Shown one piece after another: positions 53,205 through 64,000 of a stretch of DNA of 64,000 nucleotides. The DNA lies in NCBI GenBank assembly GCA_040954595.2, contig CM082578.2:17429912-17493911 (forward strand). Reading direction: 5' to 3'. Made by a program: the position numbers and the translations under genes. The notes under the pieces are model-generated. The model searched no databases, had not been told where the DNA came from, and saw nothing but the letters and a program-made list of their open reading frames with translations. Positions within the stretch are counted from its first letter, which is position 1. Every line of letters starts with the position of its first letter. Source of the DNA: Balanoglossus misakiensis (lineage: Eukaryota > Animalia > Hemichordata).

Positions 53205-55573
53205 CAGATAATTTATGTTTATGACTATGTCAGGTATAGGGAAACCAACTAAGTTGAATGCTTCAGTATTTACATAAGACAGTGCTTCACTCAGAAGTCT
53301 TTTGATGGAGAAATGTCCAAGAAATAATATGGTTTAGCATTGCAGGAGGAAGTTGGTCATGGTAACTTCATCTTCAATGGTTAATTTCCTCCAGCACCAA
53401 CTTTGTTTCTTTGCGCTGGCTAATAGTGGCAAACATGTCCACGCATGTACATGTCTTTTATGTGGATGATGTATGTTACATGTAATGGTACACTGAAGTA
53501 CAAACAAACTGTAACACCAACGGATATCAATTTGCAATAGATCTGTAGAAAAGCAGAATTCTTGCTTCCAACTCCTATCCTACCCTAGTACCTCATGAAA
53601 TCATACTGAACTTACACCCGAATGAATATCATTGAGATTATGTTAACACAGAGCACACTTCAATAAAGTACACAAAGTCACATTATTATGAGCATGTTTT
53701 ATTCTTATGATCAGCTATGTACAGAATACATACATTCGACACGAATAATGTGTCTTTAAGACATGGAGTGTCATCTATGAATAGATACAGGAAACACAAT
53801 TTGTGTATTTTTATCTTTAAAAAAGTTTTGACGTATCTCATACGAGGACATGCAGTGCTGCATTCATTAAGTTTTCTTTCAATTCTGGTTGAGTTCATGT
53901 GTACAACTAAATATCTGTAAAAAGATCACGGAAGTTTAAACACTGTTGAGAATCGTGAAAAAAAATACTGTTACACTAGAGAAAATGTCATTAAGACTTT
54001 CGAAAAAAGCCTCACTTAAATAATCCAAGGGTAGCAGCCCCAGCAGCAAGCTCTGGCAAAATACAGTCAATATCTGTAATCAAACAATCTATCTGCTCTA
54101 CTTTCTCTGACATCACTGACAGCGTTTCAGATAAAAAGTGACAAAGACTGTTCTCCAAATGCCACTACCCCATGCTATGAAGTGGGAGTTGCCACTGACA
54201 GAACACATCAGATCTTCAAAATATCAGCAATGGTAGCTGTCACAGACTTGCCCAGGCCTGTCACCTGAACTCACATGTTTCTCTGTGGGACAAAAGTTCA
54301 ACAAATATTCCAGTACTCATCATTAGTCAATAAATTTACCATATGAATTATTAGAAAAAAGCTACTGCAGAATCACACATTCTGGGTGGATCTGTGCTGG
54401 CTACACTCAACAGTAAAAAAAAAAACTCACAAACAATTTCTTTATTTTCTATATGACACTGGTCCTTCAGAGGGAAAGTACTTCAGGTAACTGCTTATCA
54501 GTGACACCCAAAAATAGAGTCGACAGAATGCTTCTTGTTGTAAAAACAACAATATGTGATAAGAGTTCACTTCTGACAGGTTTCCCTGTACACGGTGAAA
54601 GTCTTAAAAGTGACAGTGAAAAGTGAAAAATTAAAATGTGTGGGTCTGTATATGGCGTGACTCGTTATCGATAGAATGGTATCAGTTCAGCCAGCAAACG
54701 CACATAAACAAATCCAATCAAGGGGATTACCTTTCAGTGCTGTACAAGTTCTAACAATCAATTTCTGACACAGCCTGAATTGCAAGTTCAATCTTTCACT
54801 CAAAATTTCGCCTGTATGTTCACGATTGAAAATAGAGAAATTAGGCCAACTCAGTGCTTGAACCAGGGTACAATCTCAATCACACCAAGTTTTAATTCCA
54901 CTGCCACTCTCTTCATCTTCAATGAACTGGTTGGATGCATACACGGCCATAGGATACATGATGTCACATACATGAAATGTCCATGTTAAAAATTTTTGCA
55001 TTGTAATCATTATTGTGTTATTCCAGTCTGTATCTTGATCTGTGCATGATACGAAACCGGCAAATTTAAGCTCACAAATGCGCGATTATTGATATTTTAT
55101 GTAAAAGATACAGCTACAGGGGCTCTTAATACAAGAGTGGAGCCAACCTGAAGGATGACGTGAAACAACAAAACACTCCTCTTTTTTATAATTATACACA
55201 GAAAACTTACCATAGATTAAAAACATTAAACACATTTTTCTTTAATTATATTAAAAAAAAACTTTACTCCAAACTTATCTATGAATATCTTAAAAAAGAA
55301 ACCCAACATATGTACAAGTCTTAACTATCCCCTTAACATGCTATGTGGAACAATTTGGCAAAAATATAAGCTTACTATATGCAAGTGATGTGATATTTAC
55401 TCTATTTATAAAACTTTCACACAAGTCATTTGTACTTTGTCCTGTGTGGTTTAATGGACACTCTTTGGTACACAGGTCATGGTGTCTTAGCTTCAATAGT
55501 TGTAAGACACACCAACATGTCCTGTGGTTGTACTGTTTGTAAACATTTTCCTTTCAAATGCTTCTAACCATCC

Positions 55574-58500
55574 CTACGTCATGTATTCTGATGGATCAGG
55601 CAAATCATCCATGCTAGTGACACTGCTCCGCACGCATTGATCCATTGGCGATGGTGCTGATAACAGTGGATCGTTTGTTATTGGAGACATGCTATCATCC
55701 ATCAGTTCGTCCATGAGGCTGAGAGCAGTGGGTGTGGTGCTGTGTGTTCCATCATCCTCCTGTTGCTGTTGTTGTTGTTGTTGTTGTTGATTTTCAGTCT
55801 TTACGCTGATATCCAGAGGTGGCTGCTGTCGCAGAAATTCCTCTGTGATGTTGGCTGTGGACGTATCGCTGCTCAGTGGTGTCGGCCTAATACCATGGGC
55901 TCTGCAGTGCATTTCAAGTTCCTGTATGCGGTGGGAATTGGAAACAAAAATAGTTGAAATTCATGGCTCTAGTCTTGAAACAAAATGTAACAAAATGGCC
56001 ACCTCGTTGGTATACTGGATCATGAAACAAATTCACATGCAGTTTGTATAAGATTTGGTCTAGACATATCTGGGTAATAGCTGGATATCGGCAGACAGGC
56101 CAATCCATTAGTTCCTCCCCCCCCTCCCAACTTCGTCCATGAGGAGCATTTAGCAAATATACTCGGGAGAAAGATGCTTGACAGAGCAACTCACCTGTAT
56201 TCTCAGTAACATTTTTCTGTTGATATTTTCAAGAGATTTTGACCTCATTTCTACATGCTTCATTTTGTCTGTGTCGCGCCTCAGTCTCTTGATGTAATCT
56301 ACCGACGCTTTGAGAATTGTTCCCTTGTTCATTCGTTGATCACTGAAAGACAATGGAATCAGAAACCCATCAAGAGCTTGTACAAACTGTAGCTATGTGT
56401 ATGTGGACATTCAGCTACATCAACTGATACACTCATTCTATTATGCGATATTCCAATAAATCCGTCTTGATAATTTGAAGAACAAACTGTCAATTGTTTT
56501 ATTTCAAAATCAGATTCTGCACCAATTCATTGAAAATACCAGCCCTACACACATCAACATATAGACACAGAATCACAGAGAACTGAGGTTATAAAATGTA
56601 ACAGTTGGTTTACAGAATTCCTTAGCAGAGACTGTTTCAATTCTTACTACATCATAAATTAACCCCAGCTTTATTCGACTCAGACAACAAGGTATGTGGT
56701 AAACACTGCCACGGTATTCTTGAAATGACAGCCAAGTCAGACATGTCAAATCAATAATACACTGCTGAATATTGAGTTACACTTTTACCAGCCAAGGCAG
56801 GTTGGGTGAAACATTTGTCAATTATTAACCGTGCTTTTAATAGCAATCTGACCAGCAACAATTTAAATACTACACACACTATGGTGAAAAGAGATCCAAA
56901 AATAAAGGAACGCTCCTCAAAGTTTGGACCAATTCCAGGATATATAGTTTGCAAAACACGTTACATTCAAGTGCATCTACACAGTTTTCTCTTTTGACAG
57001 CTGAAAACTGAGTCTACCAAATCTGAAAGCTGTCCATTGTACCATGGTTGATGCGAAGTCCACAGGGTCAAATAACTGAACCAAAGAACTACAGTTCCTC
57101 CAACACTACTTGGTCACTGAACTTTGTCACACAAGCACAGGTTTTGCAGAAACGAGACTTTACTTCACTCTCTACTGTTACACAATTTCTTTTACATTTA
57201 AAATTTACTGAAAACAGAAGTACATAAAACGCTGTCGGGATTCCAAACAGCTGATTTATTTTGAATATGATCTGTGATATGACACGTGTCAAACTGCATG
57301 TCTGATTCCAGGAGGCAAATTAAAGTCTAAATACTAGTGCTATGATATCCTACTGACCACAAACTGACCTTGGACAGAAGACATTTATGGAATCGTGAGC
57401 ATACATAAAATTTGCAGTAGAGCTCGGGATATGACCTTCAACCTCTTATCTAGAAATGCAGTGACTCCCACACAGAAACTTTATTGATTCCACACAGCAT
57501 TCCAAAAACATCAAATTTATAGACTTACGGGTCTGAGCTTTTTGGCAAGAGTGTGCCTAATTCTTGAATTCTGTCGTTTATGTTGAACCTCCGCCTCCTT
57601 TCAACTGAAAAAAAGAAGAAGTATGTGTCACCATTTATTTTATGACATCCATCTACAGCAGCATGTCCCCATAGACACTGAAATATTTCAAAATGCAACG
57701 TTGAAATATCCTTAATAAGTGAAAATGGTCCAGTGCGTACAATGACACATCTTTTTCAATGAAACTGGCTCAAATCAGAGGATTTTTTGTAATTGTTTGA
57801 AAATGTAAGAACAGCCTTCCCAGCCATTACATTCTCCAACATGGTGCATAGTTGATAAATCACCAATACCATTCATTTTGTCATGTTTAGGAGGTGTGTC
57901 TAAAGCCACCCTTATCAGAGTAAGTGAAATTGGTGTGAAAGTGGCAGAGTACATTTATAAAATGTAAACTTTGCAATCTTTGTGATAGGACTCAATTTCT
58001 GTTTTCATGACGTGATTTGTTAGCTTCCTATGAATGAAAAAAAATCAGACTATATTGGCTTCTATAAATTATGAAATCCATGTTTGCAAAAGACAATTTC
58101 CTACAAATTTTGCAAAAACCAAAGGTTGTTATTTGTTGTCTGATAGAATTTGCTATACAAGTTTGCATGATAACAATAAACTGTTTCGCTTCACATAGCC
58201 GGATGTCAAGATTATAAACGTATGGTCCTTGAATGCTTTTCACATTATATCCATGATATTCAAGTACCGGTACTCTATATTGATTTAGTTTTATGGCTGG
58301 GCATGTGACCTATGACCCCATCTTATATGACCAATGTGTCGTTTGTCCACCACTAGTTTGAGAACACAAAATGAAACAAAAGTTTACCCACTTCTTTATC
58401 AAGTACCAGATACATGTTTTTAGTTCAGCCCTGCCGCACGCAAGAAAGCTTACTTACCCAGAGTTCTCACTAACCCCATATTTTAGTAATTGTTTACTTC

Positions 58501-61500
58501 TCAGACTCATTTTGAGAGTTACACACTTTTGACATGAAGGGATCCATTTCTCACATATATGGTCTGAATTCTTTACCTTAAATGCCAATGATTAGCACTT
58601 TGACAATGACTAGCTGAATCCTTGTTTACCATACTTTCTCACAGATTCATGTAAATTGTGAAAATTAGCAATCTATTTTGGGGATGATCTACTGCCAGCA
58701 TTATATAACTCACTGTAGTCTTAACATCATAAATTTTGTAACTATCTACAAATAAAATAAGTGAACATTTGTAAAATGTTATGCAAGTGTGAACATTACA
58801 TGGGTTAACCAATATTGCAGGGATTCACAAAGGTACAATTTCACAATCCATGCCATAACTATGTTGTAAGCCCCAGTGGATTTGACCTCTAACTCTACTT
58901 GTAGTTGTATCGACCCTGACTACATCCCCAACAAACATCTGTAAAACTGCTATAAATAACTTTCTCTCCTAGTTTCCTTCTTGTTAAATGTGCATCCAAG
59001 GGGGTGTTATATAGTGGGCAGCTATGGTTCCAAATTCATCAGCAACATCAATGGGAGAATTCAAATAAAAGGGACCATTTGGCAAGCGAAACTGGCGCAA
59101 ACTCAAAACAACATCACCGAGCAGTGGTTCTCAAATGACGATGACTGACCGATGCCTGACCCAATCATAAAACATTTAATGGGCACGGCCACTGATTGTG
59201 ATAAAGAAATTCCAATTGTAATGGCTCCACTTACTCATGTTATGGTTGTCCTTCTTCTGTCGATCCTTGGTGAACGCTTTGACCTGCTCTTCGGTCAGAA
59301 TCAAGTCCGACTCCAGTTGAAAAGTGGTTGCGTCTGGACATGACTGGGATGTATTCGGAATTGCCAATGGTTGCATGTTGGCACCTAAGTCCAACAGATT
59401 TGTAGTGGTTGGTAGCTGGTTAAGAAGGGAGAAAGAAAGAACAAGACTGAAACAAGTACAAAGTAAAGGGGTATAATCTGCACTGGATCAATGCGAGATG
59501 TTAAAATTAAGCGCTGTAACAGAAAACACAATCAAACTCCTCTTTGTATTATCATGCAATCCTCCATAACACAATGCCTATGACATCATATCTAATAATG
59601 TCAACAAGCAATAACAGGTCTACCATTCTCATCAAAGTTTACATGGTACATCTTAAGAGAAAGGCAACATAGGAAAATATTCCATATTACAGTTAGAGCA
59701 CCTTTCCACATCTCTGATGCCGGGAAACACACAGCATTCTAGGACAGTGTCCTCTGGCTGAACAAAACTAGACAAAATGATTTGCAAAAAGAAATCCTAC
59801 ACCGACAAAAGGATGTATTACATCATCTTTCACTGGAGGTCTCTCTATCGCCACCAGCCTCCATCCTTTGCAAAATTAAAAGTTCCTTAGAAGGATACCA
59901 TCAAATTTGCCGTTGACATTCAGGGACAGATTTGACAATCAAATACAACTTGAACATCGTTTTCTCGTCAATTATCTTTCTACATTATTTTGTTTTGTGT
60001 GGGAAGCCACTTAAGAACATTTATACACACTTGACAGCCATTTGTTAATTAATTCAGCATATTTCAGTGAGAAAACTATAGTATATAAAATTTATTACAG
60101 TGAAACTGAAATATTAAACCAGAACAATATTAAGATTCATGACTCTGTCCTTTGAAACATTGAACACAACAAGATTATAAAGAAATACTTACTGTTGCAG
60201 GAAGTTGTGGATCTAACGTATTGGCTAACAAGTCATCCCCAAAACTTGATCCTAGACTAAGTACATCTTCTAGAAACTCGTCTAACTGTCAAATTAAAAA
60301 CAGACATATATATTCTCAGTATTTCAAAGTATAGAAACTACATGTATCAGTAAGATTTTCAATAGTTGATGTGATAAGGTCATAATACTAACATGACCCG
60401 AGTCCAACAACTTACTTCTGTGCTTTGTGCTGAACTACTGAGGTTGGCAGACATTGGACTATCAGGTACAGACATCGACTGTCCATTTAGGAGTGTCGGA
60501 GACGCTGCAGTCACTCGTGTTGTTGGCAGTGATAATCTGACTTGCTGTTGAGTCGGGCTACGAGACTGGGATAAATATTCCTTCAACTGTTGCTGCTTCT
60601 TCTGTTCCACATGAAACCTTGTTGGGTTCATCAGACGCGTATTGACCTGAAAGCGATAAGAATAGAGTTAGGAAATGGCTTTTCGATAACAACAATGATG
60701 TGACTGCACTTTTGGTTTCATTATTTACTCCCACAGAATGAAAACTTATCCATTTCCTTCTGGTGATCCAATTCGATGCCACAGTCTTGAAGATTCATGA
60801 CATGACAAATCTTGATTTATATATTAGTATGCAGACTACCTCCAAATAATACATATAAATGTAATAAATCACACATCATTAAATATAAAGCATACGTCTT
60901 AACCTTAGGTGACTTCAATATTTCAGCTATGCTACAGCAAATTACAAGTTGTGAAATAAGATCGTGTTCATTAATTATGAAAAGTTCACTAATTATTCAA
61001 ATTGTCCCCACCTGTAGAATTTGTTTGGGTACTTCTGGTATTGTTGCCAGTGATGTCACTGGAACTTCCATGGCCGCAGACTGACTCTGCGTGGATGTAG
61101 CAGCTTTCAGCGCTGCTGCTGCAGCAAGCTTCTCTCGTTCATCCTCCTGGAGCTGCTGCTGCCGCATCAGCTGCAGCTTCAGGTTCGTCCTGGACGTCAT
61201 TGGGTTTAGGCTGGACTGCGCCGTTTTGGGAGAACTGGAAATTGAAACGGGACATCCAATTAAGTTCACCTTACTTCTGTTTCTTAGAACTGGTCACCGG
61301 CTGCCTTATAAGGAAGTGGGGGCAAACAAACTCCTTTATTTAGGCAAGCACTCCGTCTCAACACCCACACACATTGCTTAACCGCTTACACTTCTTGCAC
61401 ACTTTCGTAAAATGACTAAATTTAGATTCATACTGAAAACCTGCATGCAGCAAAATCTACACAGGCTTCTGAAATTGAATTCAGATCACTCGCTCACGGA

Positions 61501-62587
61501 AAGCTGCACATTGCTTCCTGTTACCTCTACAATAATTAACCAATTCAGATAAATATACTATGTGTGTCTGGGACCAAACTGTTTGGTTCCTATAGTAATA
61601 GTAGTATTAGTACAGCAGTAACTTCTGCTTAATTCAACAAGGAACAGTAGTACATTTCCTACATACTGTTACACCAATTCTGGCACCAACACCGATATTC
61701 TAACTTGTATCTTCAAAACATTTGCCTGGGGTGGACCCACATAAAAATCAAATGCTGCCCAGAAACAAACACACATTTGGCATTATTTAATCAAGCAGGT
61801 GAACTGGAGGTAACACCCCTCATTTAGTCCTACTAGTGATCGTCATCAGAGACCCTGGTGACTTGAAGGATTTTCATTTTAATATGGATATTTCACTTGT
61901 CACCATATCACTTCCTGCAATAGACACTGCGCACAAACGTTTCCAGATGTTCGTGGCATCTGATCGTGCAGAGTAAAAGTAACCAAGAGCATGCGTTGCA
62001 GTTGGGACTGCGAAAATACGGAAGTGGGTTTCTAGAACGATGAAATCGACATTGCGTCGCCAGCTGCTACGTCGAGTAAAACCTACCTCACAAGTGCAAG
62101 TATCACCTTTTTGGCAATTTGAACGAAAACTTAGAGGTTGGTTTGCACAATTAGGCGTCGTAGTCTGCTTTGAGTGTCAAGCAGTCGACTGTGGTGTCTT
62201 TGAGTTCTGAAACCTAGCTTGCTACAAACATGGGAAAACCCCCTCCAGGTTCCATTACAATATGACGTCCAACAAAAATGATTTCTGCAAATGCTCGGTA
62301 CGTCTCTTCTGCAACCTCCACCGTCCGAATTTGTCGATCAAGATAAAGGGCACCGATGGAAAGACACTTGGAAATTGGAATGACTGGATGAAAAAATAAC
62401 ACAATGGTGTAATTTACCTCGACACTGACACTACTGGTACACTTTTCAGTTCGTAGAATATCTCCTGTCGAACGCCACCGTCTGGTTTGGCGATATTTTG
62501 CAAATCGGGCTTTAACAACAGATCCTCTGTGTTTGTCGGGAGTTCAAAATCAAGGTCAATGCCCGATTCTTCCGTTGAGGCAGACAT
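55574..62587 (-). CDS. MITF: MITF/TFE-family bHLH-leucine zipper transcription factor (about 489 aa, 8 coding exons)
   Basis: Exons are 62587-62418 ([10 protein letters not shown]...FYELKS, like MITF-A exon 1), 61234-61012 ([13 protein letters not shown]), 60646-60416 (NPTRFHV; SVPDSPM, like MITF S73/TFEB S142), 60285-60193 (acidic [11 protein letters not shown]), 59415-59235 (SQSCP, like the TFEB S211 14-3-3 site; [11 protein letters not shown]), 57604-57529 ([17 protein letters not shown]), 56342-56195 ([14 protein letters not shown]) and 55921-55574 ([10 protein letters not shown]...DPLLS). It is probably the single pro-orthologue of MITF/TFE3/TFEB/TFEC. Confidence 0.93.
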
Positions 62588-62736
62588 CAAGGAAAGAAAC
62601 AACTGATATTATCCACGAAGAAAACTGTCCGATGGGGGATTCCGTTCTCTACTCTCTAATCGCGCTGTGAAGATACCCTTTCATCGTCAACATGGTGGTG
62701 TGGGCCATCTCTTACCGTGCTGCTACGACAACAATG

Positions 62737-62847
62737 ATTGGACGAAATTTATCATGTGAACGAGACGCCCCTGTTGTGATTGGCCAGTGTACCACCTCAC
62801 ATGACTCTAGGAAATAGGTGAATGACGTCAAATGTTTCTATTTTTAG
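62737..62847 (-). promoter_or_regulatory. Proximal promoter of the MITF/TFE gene (two CCAAT boxes, two M-box-type E-boxes, CRE, MEF2)
   Basis: ATTGG occurs at 62737 and 62779. TCATGTGA is at 62752-62759, TCACATGACT (reverse complement AGTCATGTGA) at 62797-62806, TGACGTCA at 62823-62830 and CTATTTTTAG at 62838-62847. All lie 150-260 bp upstream of the ATG at 62587. Confidence 0.6.
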
Positions 62848-64000
62848 CCAGGGAAATTACATCACCAGAATGTACTGTGCTCAAACTTTGTACAATGCAA
62901 TGCCGGGCATAATGAAAGAACTAGTCTATAGTATTCAAATATACCCAATAGACTACCGACGGAATTTTTATTTGTTTCGATAACTCTGTTGTTCGCAGGA
63001 GTCAGCCAATAAGAACGAGACGCAAACACTGATCATACGACAACGTGGGACTGATGAAATCAAAAAGCCCCAAAAGTGAACGACTAGGACATGACAATGA
63101 CACTTTTTTGACAGCGAGATAATTTCTGAAGCTTTATTGCATCATTGCATTGATACAACCCTAGAGAATGGTCAATGGTATAACGGGTACCAGACCCTGT
63201 ACCAGTTTCAACAGTTTTACACGTACTTTTACAATCACTAAACAAACACCGCAGGAGGACTATGGTTTGTGCCACTGCCAGATTGTCTCAAGTTAACCTG
63301 CTCAGGATATCTGAATATCTAATCAACCGGGTTAAAATATATGCACAATACACAAAAGAATTTAAAAAGTAAACGATACATTAGAACCAAACAAGTAGCG
63401 TAGACAATAAAAATATTAACACAAACAAAAGCGACCAAAGAAAGAATAATCAGTAACAACAAATGTTTATGACGTGTAAACTTTAATGACATATAAATTG
63501 CACGTGTAATATTTAGCAATCAACACACACTGTCACCCCAGTATGCATGTATTGTGTTCTTGTTTGCATGTCTCAGATCTTAGGTCCCCATGCAAGTGGG
63601 CTGCCGGATCCTATCGTCTGTATCCTGGTGGAATTTGCCGTCGCGGCTATGATTCTGGCGATCGGAGAGAGCTATTGCAATGCGGAATATCCTGTTTGAA
63701 TCCCTACCCAGACTTGGAGATCTGTCTTTAAAGAATACCCCAAAAAACGTCATAAAATTTTAGAAAGTACCGTGTTCCCTTCAATATTATACTTCTGTCC
63801 CCTTGAAACGATAAGAACCACAGAATACTGTGTATTCAAAGACTACGCCCCTTTCCACGGATAATGGTATGAACGAAAGAAAGAAATGTTCGCCATAGAG
63901 GGCGCCAGTGAGCCGTCACTGACAAGGGAGTCAAGGAAGTAGGTCTGGCTCAAAAGACATAATGATGGAATCAAAATATGGCTGACGTAAGAAGAAAATA

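Noticed and set aside
1-64000. miR-96/182/183 or miR-29 genes and CAPZA/MET/CFTR exons expected from 7q31-32 synteny
   Set aside because: By eye, the TTTGGCA/TAGCACC seed hits do not extend to the mature sequences, and no such exons were seen. A formal search is still needed.
1-64000. CRISPR arrays, operons, rRNA/tRNA, intact transposons
   Set aside because: The DNA is eukaryotic with spliced genes. I saw no repeat-spacer arrays, cloverleaf/rRNA signatures or RT/transposase ORFs.

Overview
AT-rich, intron-containing animal DNA, most likely an invertebrate deuterostome (hemichordate/echinoderm-like; the taxon is inferred). I rebuilt five spliced genes by hand from GT-AG junctions with consistent phases. 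On the + strand there is a two-coding-exon neuropeptide precursor (888-2277, 161 aa) carrying eight Gly-Lys(-Arg)-flanked amidated peptides of the QFL/QFFN type. On the - strand, in tandem, are Wnt2 (8517-17582), ASZ1/GASZ (25524-32250), ST7 (33611-52969) and an MITF/TFE-family bHLH-ZIP gene (55574-62587). These four genes are also neighbours on human 7q31 (TFEC, ST7, WNT2, ASZ1), so this looks like an ancient microsyntenic block with a different local order. The most novel element is the neuropeptide precursor, which I tentatively read as a divergent TRH/EFLGamide-type gene with X-Pro-capped peptides. Other points of note are an M-box/CRE/MEF2 MITF promoter, a possible orphan first exon at about 5.9 kb, recurrent CTCF-like motifs, an RS-rich insert in ASZ1 and simple repeats. 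I saw no prokaryotic systems, CRISPR arrays, rRNA or tRNA. All coordinates were counted by hand.
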